Below are positions 11,366 through 24,412 of a DNA stretch of 64,000 bases, piece by piece; the stretch's first letter is position 1; the number at the start of each line of letters is the position of its first letter. A model generated the notes under the pieces. The model was not told where the DNA came from, ran no database searches, and was given only the letters and a program-made list of their open reading frames with translations. The stretch lies in NCBI GenBank assembly GCA_048593225.1, contig CM109176.1:477371429-477435428 (forward strand). The letters are read 5' to 3'. Both the position numbers and the translations under genes were made by a program. Source of the stretch: Sarcophilus harrisii (Eukaryota).

Positions 11366-14300
11366 TTAAAAAACAAACAAAACAAAACAAAATAAAACAA
11401 AAAACCCAGAGATTCACAGATATATATATTGTAATTTGCATTTCTGATATTGAAATTTTATGTTGTTGCTATGTTGTAACAATGATTCACACAAACCCAA
11501 TGAATGTCAAACCTGGGGTTAGTCTAACCCTGTAATTACAGATAAAGAAACTGAACTCCAAAGAGATGAACAGATTTATACAATTACCTAAGGACAGAAC
11601 TAGAGCTATAAAACTAATTCCCAAGATTCTAGTTCTGTCCCTAATTGGCTCAGAGTGAATGTAAATAGCAGTTTTTTTCCTTCTGTTTTGATCAGAAACC
11701 CAGAGGGGGTCTATCCCTTTCAGATAGTTTTGTTTTATTTTGTTTTTTTTAGACTAGGTAAAAGGCCATTCTCTGCCTCATTTCTTACCTAGTCTTAATC
11801 ACTGATAAGGCATTGTCTCATTCCAACTGAGACCTATTAAAAATCTTAGCTTAAAAAGGCCAAGTTGATCTATTGCATCCAAGTTCATTTTGATCTATAC
11901 TTGGTCACTGGACCCAGATAGGAACAAAGGAATGAGTGAGGCTGATGATTTTGCACAATTCTCCCTTACTTCCATCTGATTCACTTACATGTCACATTAT
12001 CACCTCCCTGATGTTATGGTCCTTTTTTAAGAACAAAAGATAAATAATAATTTGCCTTTTGCTTGGTATGTGCCCTTACTTCTGTCCCTTAATAACTCTA
12101 GCCATCTTTTACCTCCAAAAGGAGGCTTTTCTTGTTCCTTTGTAATTATTAGTGGTTTCTTCTCCTGTCCCTTATCTCAATTATTTAGTATTAAATTATG
12201 TTCTCCTTTGTACCTCTAGTAGATTGGAAGTTCCAGAGCAGTGTACAATGTCTAGGACCATAATACATTTTTAGTGCAATAAATGCTCATTGACTTGCTG
12301 ACTTTGTATCTCTGGTGGCGTGGCTTATTAAATACTTCTTGAATTGAACAGATAAATGAAAGCCCTAAATTACAGGTGAAGAACATGAATTTTTGAAAAA
12401 TTTAAGTGAATGTGTCAAAAAATCACAATCACAAAGATGAGAGAGATGAAGGGAGAGTATAGAATGCAATATATATTTTTCTAGACATATTCAACATGGA
12501 AACTGAGTTGGACTGACTATACACATTGTAATGAGTTTTCTTTTTCTTGTATTCTTAACTGGGTGGGGACAAGTAGGCTGCTGTTGGGAGTAAGAATGAG
12601 AATGTGGATCTTGGCTGATTAAAACAAAATAATTTTTTTCAAAAGAAAAAAAAATTAAAATAAAATAAAACAAGATACATAGGAGGGGGAATGATGGCTG
12701 GAATAAGGTGCTAGAGAAGGTAAAAGAAGACAGAGCAATATCTTTTTCTGACAGGAGAAAAAAAATGATTAATAATGCTCACAAATTTTGAAGAATGGAA
12801 GAGGGTAACTGGGCAAATTGCCATTAGATAGTTTCAAACTCAGTGATGCTAGAGACTATTTTCTGTAAGGAAGGAGGCAGTTAGGGACTTAAAGAGAAAG
12901 TAAATGATTTTAAATACTTGCTATCTGGAATAAGAAAGGAAATCCTTAAGAATACAATAAAAAAGAATATATAAAATCATGGGCAAATAGTAGTGATATC
13001 AAAAGTTTTAATTAAGGTACCATAAATTGCCACAATAAACAATTCACTCTCTCTTTCTGACTCATAGTCTACTAAATACATTTTTTTTACATTGAAACTG
13101 ATAAAGAAAAGAACACAATTCTCACAAATCTAATCAAGTTTTCAACCAGTGATTTTTCTGCAATGAAATCAACAACCTAACTTCATTATTGGATTACTGT
13201 TAACACTTGAGAAAGACAAAAGAAATATGCCAGGTTTGTGTGCTACATCTCTATCCCTTTCACAGACCCAACAATATGTCCCACCTTCTTCCTTTGTGGA
13301 AACCAAAAAAAGTTGCTGCATTCTTGCAGTGTCTGTCTACCCAATGTGATGGCTAAAAAAGGCCTTTATTTTTCTGTCTGAGCAAAGGAAATTACAATAT
13401 TACACATGTGGTGCTAGAAGTGACCTCAGAGCACCAAATCCAAATCTTTATAGATGAGCCTGATACTGAGATGTCAAGTGACTAGCCCAGTCACAGTGCC
13501 ATTGTTGTTGTTTGTCCTTTGTTCTCTAAAAGGACCACAGTATCAGGGAGGTAATGCCATGACATGCAAGAGAGCTGAATTTAAGTGAGGAAGGTTGGGC
13601 AAGGTCACCTGCTTCACTTTCTCCTCCAGAACCATCTGGGTCCAGTGGCAAAATATAGATCAAGACAACTGGAGATGGTCCTGGATGCAATGGAAGATCC
13701 TGGTCTTTTTAAGCTAAGATTGCTATAGGAGCAATCTGCTAGTGACTGTTAGGGATCTAATTCTGACCAGCAGAACAGATCCCTTTATGTGAGAGAAAGA
13801 TAATGATACAAGGAAACCGAGAGGCAGTTGTATTCTCTGACCCCTCTTCTCCTCTTCCCTCTTGTCTCCAATTTATTCCATTCCCAATTAACAAGGAACA
13901 TCTGGGTCAGTAAAGACTGCTTTGCAATTCCTTCAAGTGTGTTATGATTCACAGCTGTGGGGGTTTTCTGCACTTAGGCATGGTCTTTAACATAAGATCT
14001 TCAATAGGTCTCAGTTTGACTGAGATGTCATAAGAACAAGTCAGGTCTGCCTGAGCCTAAGAGCAGCACTGCCTGGCTATCTTAATTAACTGATGCCAAG
14101 CTGTGTTTTGCCTAAAAATGACTTAAAGTAGATTGGGCCTTATCAAGTTTGGTAGATTCATTTCTTGGTACCAATTTTACCCTTTAAAAGAACTTTTTCT
14201 TTCAGCCTGTGTGTACAGCATCACTGTTCTCCCAATGAGATGTGCTTTTAATTTCAAAGCTATTTTGTCATATTGGGCATTAGTCAGCATTTTTGCACTA

Positions 14301-15159
14301 ATTATCCTGTATAACAAACTTGATACTATTTGAAGACTGCTATCATTGACATCAAACTTTACTCATTGGCAACCTAAACAATGTTTAAAGAATGCAAGTC
14401 AGATTGCATATGTTTGGAAAAATTAAAAATTAAAAAAAAAAAAAAAAAGGATCTAATAAAGAATCATAGTCCCAAGCATTGGAGGGGTCCCTCCAATCCC
14501 TTCTGCACCCCGTTAGGTTTCTGACTTCAGACAGGGAAGGTTTCAGATTCTGGTTTCAAATAATTAGTCACAAATCTACTAAATAGGAGAAACCTGAACT
14601 TCTCTTTCCTAATGACAAAGTTTTAAATAGAAAGTGTAAACTGGATAAATGTTTAAAAAAAAAAAAAAAGGTAATTTTTAAAGATAATAATGAACATAAT
14701 TTATTTTTTAAAAGGTGAAAATGCTGATTTAAGAATAAACAACAAAAAAGTAGGCAATTTAATTTCAAAAAACCTGTTAAATTAATCAATTCATTGAGTT
14801 AATGAAATGATTTTAAAATGCAACATCTATTCTGAAAATTAACTCAACATTTTACTGTTAGTTAATAAAAAGCTAAATCCACTATCTTGTTGTAATATGA
14901 AGACAATATTTTTTCCCCCTTTATTTTTCCTTGTTATTTAATTTCACTGGTATCTTTGGTCTATATATACCACCACCATTTCCAAAGTATCTTTTGGCCC
15001 TTTCTTCTCCATTTCAAGAAGTCCAACTTTTCCCATATAATAAATAAAATAAATTTTTGCTTTGCTGAAAATAAATAAAATAAATAAAAATAAATTTTTG
15101 CTTGTTGTTCAGCAAAAATAACCAACACTTCAACAAATTCCGACACTTTTTCTTTGTAT

Positions 15160-15182
15160 GTATGTTTATATCTATGTATATA

Positions 15183-15232
<50 letters not shown>

Positions 15233-15260
15233 TATAAAACACATACACTCATATACATAT
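15160..15260. repeat. Compound (TG)n(TA)n(CA)n microsatellite.
   Basis: tatgtgtgtgtatatatatatatatatatatatatatatatatacacacacatataaaacacatacac. ORFs 14961-15248, 15014-15244, 15102-15317 and 15158-15388 are artefacts of this tract. Confidence 0.9.
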
Positions 15261-16934
15261 CTATCTATATCAATCTTAACTATTTATATGCATGTATACA
15301 CATTCCCACATCTATAAAAAGGGGAAAAGGAACATTTTCTCATTTCTGCTTTAGGGATAATTTGGTCATTAAAATTATAAATGAATGAATTTATAGTATC
15401 TATTAAGTACTTTCTATGTGTAAAACATTATGCTAAAATATTGAGGATACCAATAATAAAGTTTGTTCTCTAAAAGCTCACAGCCTTATGGGGAAAACAA
15501 CACATACAGATGCATTATGAAGCATTCTGTTTCATTTTTTGATTCTTTCCATCTGTATTGTAGTTATCATACACGGGACATTCCAAAAATCTTAGTGTAA
15601 TTTTAAGCTTGAATAGCTTAAAATCATGAATATTATCTTCTGCTTACTTCATCGAGTCAGTTCATCTAAATCTTCCCATGCCTTTTTGAATTCTTCATAT
15701 TCATCATCTCTTACAGTTTATTAATATTCCACTATATTTATGTCCCACAATTTGTTTAGCCATTCTTAATCAATGAAAATCTACTTTGTTTCCAGTCCTT
15801 TTCAACAAGAAAAAAAAGCTGCTGTGAATATTCTGTCACATATGAAACCTTGTTTTTCTCTTTGGTGTCCTTGGGCTTTACTTCTAATAGTGGATCACTG
15901 AGACAAAGAGTATAGCTTTTTGACCTTGGGTTCTTAAAAGATAATACAATCACTAACAAGTTCTACAAAGCTGGAAATGGAGACCATAGGCTATCAGTTA
16001 TTTCTTGTTCTCCCTATAAACAGTCATCTTGTCTTTTTTTCATATATTTCTCTTATAATGTCTTTTATAAGCTTTATCTGTATAATTTCTTCTCATTTGC
16101 AACAGACTATAGCCTGCTCACACCTACCATGTCCCCTCTATTGATTATTGGGTAATACTTGACTTCATTTCTTTAAAAACCCTAGTGTATATGTAACAGT
16201 TATAAGCCATCATCAAAAAAAAAAAAAAAAAAAAATAGCAGTTAAAAATATAGGCCTTCCTTTCAGGGAAAAGTTTGGGGTTCTTAAAGAGAGCGTGTAA
16301 TTTTCTAAAGACAACCCAGTCTGCTATATGTTATTGATAGAAAACTATGTCTACTGCCTAAAAACAATATAGCTATCTGCTATTTGCCATAAGGCTATCT
16401 CCCAAGAGACAAATTTTGGGGTAGAGTGGGATGAGTTCATGACTACTCATAAAACAAGTAGGAGGCTGGAGTTTTCATCAAAGGTAAGTCAATTATTCGA
16501 CTCTGTTTTTTCCCTTTCCTCCTTATATTTCCCAGTGAGTTTTCAAGAAAATTCATCACCAGGCCTTTTTTATAGCAACTTGTCATTCATTTTTATTTTG
16601 TATTCTTCTTTAAACAAACACTTACTGGGCACTAACATGATGGCTGGCATTATTTTCATCATTCCTCCTTTATCTCAAGTGACATCTTCCATCTCCAAAA
16701 AGTCAAATAAACAAACTAAAGAAAAACTAACAATAATTAAATGTATAACCAAATATTGTGACTACTCAAATCCTGCATGTTTGTATCCTATTTATTTTTA
16801 TTCCTCTGAACTATATAATGAAAAATTTTAATTATTTCAAAGTCCAATTAAAAACAATACCTAGAATTTATATGCTGATTTGCAAAGTACTTTATAAATA
16901 TTATATCATTCGACTCTCTCAGCTATCTTTGAAG

Positions 16935-17100
16935 GTATTATTATTAGCATCCCCATTTTACAGATGACGTAACCAAAGCCAAAAAATATTAAGTGACTTG
17001 CTCATGGTCACATAGCTAGAAAATATCAGAAGATGGATTTGAATGCAGGTCTTCCTGACTCCAGGTCCTGTAATCTATCTACTGTACCATCACCTAGTTT
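16935..17100 (-). mobile_element. tRNA-derived SINE, reverse orientation.
   Basis: ttaagtgacttgctcatggtcacatagctagaaaatatcagaagatggatttgaatgcaggtcttcctgactccaggtcctgtaatctatctactgtaccatcacctag. Confidence 0.65.
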
Positions 17101-18612
17101 AAATTTCACATTAAACTCTAAAAGATTTAAAAGACATATAGGAAAAATTCTCAATATAAACTGTGTTATTATCATTGTTTTTACAATAAAGTAAATCTCA
17201 ACCCATCCATGCTCGATCTTATCTCTGCCTTCCCATAAAACTGCTAGTCTGTTTAATCAATGAGCTAGGGGCCTTCCTCACATTCTCTGGATTACAACGA
17301 AATCAAAAGCACGCACTAAGAGACAGTCATCAATTATCTCTCACTTTTACTGTAAATATGGCTTAACGTTCTTTTTTTTACATAATTTCTACTGCATAAT
17401 TCCTCATTTACAATGTGTTGCAGCATCCTTATACTCACTATGCTCTCCACTGCCCTTTGCATGATCCTCAACTTCAATTCTTCAGAAAATACAATGGTCC
17501 ACAACTCACAGATATGTAACACCACCAGAAGATAAACAATGTTTAAAATACAAAAGAGGGCCCTTCATTTCTAGTCAAAGAAATATGCAATGTCCCAGAG
17601 GCAATCCAACTTGCACTTTTTTTTTTCATCTCTAGACTGAGTCAAGTATCTATATTGTGTGTTCAAAAAGTATGTAACAATACACTAGGCTCCATGAATT
17701 TTTCATCTAACTGCAAATTATAGTCTGATGAAATATTCTTTAGCCTAAACTTCTTCCTAAATGAGAAAAATTTTTAAAAGTGATTATAGCTTTTATTTAG
17801 GAGGCTTTGAAATACTCTGAAGATTGAAGATATCAAAAATAATGCCATGTACAAAAAGAAATATCTAGAAGACTACATCATCTTTGTAGAATAGCTCTTT
17901 AATTTGGATTCCACAAGGGGTACTCTCCATTATGGTGGTACACATCTATAGCAAACCTATTCATTTTCAGCCTTAATAACCAGAAAAGTGTCAAACAGTA
18001 ATTTCTGTTCCTATTAGTATGATTACGACATCATATGGGATGCAACTGTTAGAACAGACTGGTACTTTGCCACACAAAATCAAATGCTTTCTATAGTCAA
18101 AAAACAAGTGTCTACTCTTTCCTTAGATCTTTCAGTCAATTGCATGATTGTAAAAACATAGTCCCTGTATCCTTTATAGAAGTTGTTTGGCTATTCCAAC
18201 ATCTTTTTCAAGAATGTCCTCAATGCATGTAATAATAATTTTATAGGGAATATTGAATATGGATTAATAATTATCAATGTCATCTCAGTTGCTTTTTTTT
18301 TTGGTCTCAGTAAGGTACCAAATTTTTTCCATGCCTTCTATTATTTTCCTTTCTTAGATAACTTCATAATAAACACTCAAAATTATTCTACCTCTAGAAT
18401 TGTGCTCTTTTGGTTATACCTAGTTTAGTCAACCGCCTTACTACTCTGTTTTATTTCATTTCTCATAAAGTATATACACCTAGAAATACCTTTGGGACTG
18501 AATTACAATATTAAATGACTGAGTCATTTAGGAAGATACTGTTCCTATAGGAAGATACCATGCATTTTTACTGCAATCTATAGTTTGTATAAAAGAAAAC
18601 CATGAAGGGCAC

Positions 18613-18767
18613 CTTCTGGTATATTCTGTGGTGGTTTGTAATTAAAATCAGTTGAAAAGTCTGGACCCTCACAAAGGCGGTGACATGCTATTGGAAACAC
18701 AGGCTCTAGGAGGGCGAGCCGGGCTTCAAAATAATCCCTTATGGTTTCTTCTGCCACTCTTGAAAGC
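18613..18767 (-). CDS. MPHOSPH8: MPHOSPH8 exon 11, 155 nt: (T)LSRVAEETIRDYFEARLALLEPVFPIACHRLCEGPDFSTDFNYKPPQNIPE(G).
   Basis: Acceptor tcttcttctttcag|GCTTTCAAGAGTG and donor CCAGAAG|gtgccc. It lies inside minus-strand ORF 18578..18820 and is near-identical to the human C-terminal region. Confidence 0.9.
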
Positions 18768-19639
18768 CTGAAAGAAGAAGACACAATCACCAATGTTAAT
18801 CTGGATAAGTTTTTCTGCATTAGAATCCATTAAAGTTAATATTTTTAAAAAGTGATTGATGATTAAAACATGTTATTTAAAATCAGATTAATTTTCCATA
18901 TTTCATATAGCATAGTTAAGTATTACTTAATAGTGAAACAATCTCTTAATAAAAAGATCTTCAAATTTTTATTATTTTTATCTCCTTAGTAAACTTTATC
19001 TGTTATTATTAGTAATAATACAGTAAAAACAGTGAAAAAAAAAAGTAATAATTCAGATTTTGAGAGGACTGAGGTGTTCTGAATGCTGAAGTATGAATAC
19101 TAAAAGCAATCCAAATCTGAACAAAGCTATTCAGAAATTTAATTTATATATATTTACAAAGGATTTACTAATAAATAGCCTCAACAAAAGGAACATTTAA
19201 AGTTTAAAGAAAAACTTTTTAAGGCTTTTTAACATTTTTAAGGACTTTAGCAAACAGCCAAGTATATACAAATGTTAACTCCTGACTTCTTTACAAAGAG
19301 TCACCAAATCTAATCACTATAGCAGACCTTTTCGAAATTCTTGTCAAAATGATTGTACATGGAAGTAATGAAATCTTGTCTCTTTTAAATTAATTTTTAT
19401 TTTATTTTTTTCTCAATTTGATATAAGCAAAAATAAACTTTAAAAAAATCTTTATGTCCATATTCTCTTCCTTTCTTCCTCCTCATCCCTATCCTTGAGA
19501 AGTTAAGCAATTTGACATAGATTATATATATACAATAATGCAAAACATTTCCAAAATAGCCATGTTACAAAAGAAATCAGATCCCTACCCCTGGAAAAAC
19601 CCCAGAATGGTAAAGTTTTTAAAAGTTCATTTTATGTAT

Positions 19640-19795
19640 TTTAACATATTTAACATGGATTGGATTACCTGCCACCTAGGTGAGGGGGTGGGGGGAAGGA
19701 GGGGAAAATTTGGAACATTAGGTTTTGCATGGGTCAAAGTTGAAAAATTATCTATGCATATGTTTACAAAATATTTACAAAATAAAAAGCTTTAA
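19640..19795 (+). repeat. LINE 3'-tail repeat family, copy 1: ...cctgccacctaggtgagggggtggggggaaggaggggaaaatttggaac...aataaaaagc.
   Basis: Near-identical ~160 bp elements occur at 26420-26580 and 47917-48067, with shorter pieces at 28860-28930. All are in plus orientation and all end in aataaaaag. Confidence 0.6.
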
Positions 19796-20163
19796 TATAG
19801 AAAAAAAGTTCATTTTAATTTGTCAGTTCTTTCTCTGAGGTAAACAGCATTTTTCATCATATGTATTTTGTAATTTTCTTGGATCACTGTATCGTTGAGA
19901 ATAGGTAAATCATTCATAGTTGATCCTGGTACAATGTTACTATTGTGTACAATAAACATTCTGCTGGTTTTTCTCACTTCACTTTGCATCATCAATTCCA
20001 GTAAATCTTAACTTTTCAAAAAGCATCCTGGTTCATCATTTCTTATAGAACAGTATTCCATCACAATTATATACCACAACTTGTTCTGTCATTTCCCAAT
20101 TGATGGCTTCCCCTCAATTTCCAATTTTTTTGCCACCACCAAAAAAGAGCTGCTATAAATATT

Positions 20164-20172
20164 TTTTTTTTT

Positions 20173-20203
<31 letters not shown>
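20164..20203. repeat. T12 plus (TA)14. This is the poly(A)-tail microsatellite of the minus-strand L1 fragment.
   Basis: attttttttttttgtatatatatatatatatatatatatatatttctg. Confidence 0.85.
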
Positions 20204-20205
<2 letters not shown>

Positions 20206-21780
20206 CTGTTTCTTTGATCTCTTTGAGATAAAGATCTATTAGTGGTATTGCAGAAAAGATTTTAATAGCCCTTTGAGAATAGATCCAGATTATTCTCCAG
20301 AATGGTTGGACCAGTTCAAAACTCACCAAGAGTGCATTGGTGTTCCAATTTTTCAAATCCCCTCATATAATCTGATAGGTTTGAAGAAGCACTTTAGGGG
20401 TGTTTTAATTTGCATTTCTCTAACCAATTGTACTTTAGAACACTTTTTTCATGACTATAACTAGATTTGATTTCCTTCTTCTATAATTGCCTGCTCATAG
20501 CCTTTGGTCAATCAATTGGAGAATGACATATTTTTAATAAATTTGACCTAGTTCTCTTTATATTTAGAAATGAGATTTACTTTCCTTCTAATCTTGGCTG
20601 CATTGGTTTTGTTTGTACAAAACCTTTGCAATCTGACGTAATCAAAATTATGCACTATACATCCCTTAATGCTCTCTACTTCCTGTTTAATCATAAATTC
20701 TTCCCTTGCCCATATATCTGAAAGGCAAAATATTCCATGTTTCTTTAGTTTGCTTATATCGCATCTCCCTTTATATCTAAATCACTTACCTACTTTTACC
20801 TTATGGTATATAAGGTGTGTGATTAGCCTATACTTAAATTTCTGCCAAACTGCTTTCCAATTTTCTCAGAAATTTTTGTCAAATAACGATTTCTTTCCCC
20901 AACATCTTGCATCTTTGAGTTTATCAAACACTAGATTATTAAGGTCATTTGTTACCATGTATTGTATACCTAATCTATACAACTGATTCACTACTCTATT
21001 TCTTAGCCAATACCAGATTGTTTTGATGATTACTACTGTAATCTAGTTTGAAATCTGGTACTGCTAAACCATGCTAAACTTGTCATTTTTTTTTCCCCAT
21101 TAATGTCCTTTGATATTGTTGATCATTTGTTCTTCCAGGTGAATTTTGTCACAGTTTTTTCTAGTTCTATAATTTAATTTTATGATTTTTGTTGTTTCTG
21201 CTATTGATATGGTCAATTATGCTGATAGTTTTTCTAACACTAAATCATCTCTGCATTCCTGGTATAAATCTCACCTGGTCATGGTGTATGAACTTTGTAA
21301 TAATCTTTGTCAACTTCTTGTTAAGTTTTTTATTTAAAAGTTTTGCATTTATATTCATTAGGAAAATTGTTCTATAGTTTTATTCTGTTTTGCTTTTCCT
21401 GGTTTGGGGATCGGCACCTTATTTGTGTCATAAAAGAAATTTGGTAAGACTGCTTATTTTTCCAAATATTTTATATAGTAGTGAAATTACTACACTAATT
21501 AGGTGTTATTTTCTTCAGTATTTTTTCCTGTTTCCTTTAATAAGCCGTTGACTCTTTTCATGATTTTCTTGCATCACTCTCATTCCAATTGTTCCTCTAA
21601 GTTATTTGATTCTTAAAATTCTTTTTTAAGTTTTTCTGGAAATTTTTTTTACCAATTCACTTTTTCTTTGATGTTTTGTTTGTAGCTGTTCTGAATCCAT
21701 TTTCTTTCTCACATTTTGTTCACATTCTGATCTTCCTTATCACCATGGTAATTTTCTATGGTTAGGTTCTTTTTTTGTTT
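20165..21780 (-). mobile_element. 5'-truncated LINE-1 fragment on the minus strand; the plus strand shows the L1 antisense sequence. It starts with T12 plus (TA)n, which is the poly(A) tail seen in reverse, and runs through the ORF2 3' region.
   Basis: The plus strand carries hallmark antisense-L1 segments in the right order: ccagaatggttggaccagttcaaaactcaccaagagtgcattggtgttcc, then gttttaatttgcatttctctaacc, then ccaataccagattgttttgatgattactactgtaatctagtttgaaatctgg. Each is collinear with the well-known human L1 antisense blocks. Confidence 0.65.
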
Positions 21781-23386
21781 GTTCATTTTTTCAGTCTATG
21801 TTTTGTCTTTTATTTTATTGTTAAAGTAGTATTCTGCTCCCCAGTTGGAGGAGGCACTATTCTAAGTTTCAGATTTATTTTGCTGCTATTTTCAGAGCTA
21901 GTTCCAGGAGCCTATAGGTTTTCCATGCTTCCATGCTTGTTGTATGATTTAAGGAGAGATGTGGTCAATGCTCTCTTGGCCTGTACTCTGGTCTTTATCC
22001 ATGAAGGGACCTTGTTCCACTGTAATCATTAGCTTTAGCACTCCTCCTAGACCTGGGACTGTGACTCCTATAGCCCCGCTTTCCTATAGCCACAATTGCT
22101 AGTGCTTCTCTCTGCCCTGGAATTGAGATCAGGGTCTTTATTCTCCCATAAGCAACCACAAGCAGTCCTCTCTCCACCATAGAACCATGACTAGGACCCA
22201 TGTTCCCCACAATTACTATAGCTCTTTTTGACTGTGGGACTATGATCCAGAACTATATATGGGCAATGCAACAGAGCCCTAACAGTAGCAGCATAATATC
22301 CTATGCAGTCTCCTTCTGACCAGTTGTACAGCCATCTCCTCCCCACTCCTTCCCCCCAGCCACCACTGTCTGTGGGCTGAGTTCCCAAAGCTGCTACTGC
22401 TGCCAATGAAGCTACCTCAATGCCTTCTGCTGGGCCTCTGTTCCACAATCTTCCCTGTGCTCCTGATAACCCCATCCCCACCAGGAACAGCCCTTTCCTT
22501 TCAACCTTTTCAGTTGTCTTGGACTGGAAAATTGTTTCAATCAACATTTTGTGGGTTTCACTGCACCAGAATTTAATTTGAGGTGTCATTTTAGAGTTTT
22601 TGGAGGGGAATTTGGGACAGCTTAGCTGAGTGTTTCTCTACTCTGCCACCTCGGCTCTGCCTCTGAAATTACCTTTCTTAAAAACATTTTGTTGCCAACA
22701 ATGCTCTGGGCCTTCTCAAGAGGTCATGGTGCAGATAAAAGAATAATGAAAAAGCAAGATTCATTAGTTTTCCATCCTGCCCAATTTCAGTATAGAAATT
22801 CCCAATCATACTGAAGAAGCTTCTCACCCCCAGGACTATAGGATGTATCCAATTTTTGCAAGTTCATATAATCAATGAAGGAGAGCTTTAAAAAGCGCTG
22901 TCTGATGCTCAAAGAGGCAACTATCCTCTCTTTTACTGACCTTTTATACATATATTTTATGGGTCTAATTCTGATGACTACTTAGAAGAATCAGACAGTG
23001 ACCTGTATACCTGACAGTACTGATAAATGACTGAATTCTGACTAACCTTGACCTACAAGCTACAGTTATAGAGTAGTCACATTTCAACGTGTAGATTAGG
23101 TCCTAAAATCAATGTGTAAGTCACAAAATGATTTAGTTAAAATTACCCTTGAAATGACTCACAACATACATTATACAGAATCTTTAAACAGCTGTAGCTG
23201 AAAAGTGGCTTGAAGCTCTTTGAAGGAAGGCATTCTGTATTAGAGAATGATGAAGCTGAAATTGTTACTATGAAATAATTGAAAATAAATTTTATTTTTC
23301 ATTAAAAATGTATATTTTGTAATTCAAATAAATGCCCCCAAGTCCCTAAATATGCATACGTTTAAGCATCTTTATTTGATACTTAC

Positions 23387-23541
23387 GTTTCTAAGTGACT
23401 TTTCAGCAGATCATACACCAATACATTATTACACTGCTTAGCAAAATGCAAAGCACTATTTTGATGTTTTGACAAAATATTACAATCTGCTCCACATTCA
23501 ATCACAAGTCTTACAATATCTGAGTTTCCTCTTTTACAGGC
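23387..23541 (-). CDS. MPHOSPH8: MPHOSPH8 exon 10, 155 nt, ending in phase 2, ankyrin repeats: ACKRGNSDIVRLVIECGADCNILSKHQNSALHFAKQCNNVLVYDLLKSHLE(T).
   Basis: Acceptor ttttcctgttacag|GCCTGTAAAAGAGG and donor GAAAC|gtaagtatc. Human MPP8 has ACKRGNSDIVRLVIECGADCNILSKHQNSALHFAKQSNNVLVYDLLKNHLET. Confidence 0.9.
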
Positions 23542-23743
23542 CTGTAACAGGAAAAAAAATTAAGACAAGTAATTATATAAAGTCTAAGGAGTCTGTGTGT
23601 ATGTGTGTAGGTGTGTGTATGAAGATATTGAAACTTAACAGAAATTTCTTCAAGGGAAGAACAGGGTCTACTTGACTCTTCAAAATAGGTGGCCTTCAAA
23701 AGATATTTTTGTGATTGACAATAATGATAAAAATAATAAAAGA

Positions 23744-24412
23744 TGTTATGCCCAGAAATTGAAACAGGGTGCTAGGTCACTGGAATTGATAGAAACAATG
23801 CTTATGTACTTGGTTCACACCTTTGGAGTTTACCCCTTTGGGAGAGTTCACACATTAGCTCACACTTTAGAGTTCACACCTTCAAGAAATTATATATTAG
23901 GAGCTCTCACAAGTCAACTAGAGACTTTTGGGAGATTCACAAGTCAGGATTCAGTAGAGGAGATTCACAAGTCACAGTTCCCACAAGCCACTCTCTTGGA
24001 GTAGTCAGATCCATTCGATATTCCACCACTGTGTTGGCTGGAGGCTTTGAATTCAGAGGGAGCTGGAGGCTGAAGCTGGCAGAGGCAAAGGACTATCAAC
24101 AAGAGCTCTCCGAACCAAGGAAAGCTAAGAGGGCTATTTTGGAAGAGACAATAAATGATTGGACTTTAACTCCTGGCTGCATTTAAGGTAATTATTACAC
24201 TGAACTGAAACTAAGGCTGCCTCTAGAAGCCCCCCAAGAAATCTGCTCCCAGAGAATATAATTTAGAGAACATTACATTTTGGCGCCCCATATTGGGATA
24301 ATCACCTCTCCCAAAGGTGTGAACTCCAAAGGTGTGAACCAAGTACATAAGCACTGTTTCTATCAATTCCAGTGACCTTAGCACCCTGTTTCAAGTTCTG
24401 GCCCATAACAAA
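23744..24412. mobile_element. Inverted-repeat structure. Two ~110 bp arms (about 23744-23855 and 24301-24412, roughly 95% identical in inverted orientation) flank a ~450 bp core of short direct repeats (ttcacac and gattcacaagtca units). It is a candidate MITE or non-autonomous DNA transposon, or a long hairpin, in intron 9.
   Basis: The reverse complement of 24311-24412 reads ctttttgttatgggccagaacttgaaacagggtgctaaggtcactggaattgatagaaacagtgcttatgtacttggttcacacctttggag. The plus strand at 23744 onward reads gatgttatgcccagaaattgaaacagggtgctaggtcactggaattgatagaaacaatgcttatgtacttggttcacacctttggag. Confidence 0.6.

Noticed and set aside
21775-22589. A moderately GC-rich stretch with ORFs of 85, 71 and 132 aa (21775-22032 plus, 21995-22210 minus, 22191-22589 minus).
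   Set aside because: The region belongs to an interspersed repeat that recurs at 32040-32560 and 39100-39480. The translations have no start-codon context, no splice signals and no recognisable motifs.
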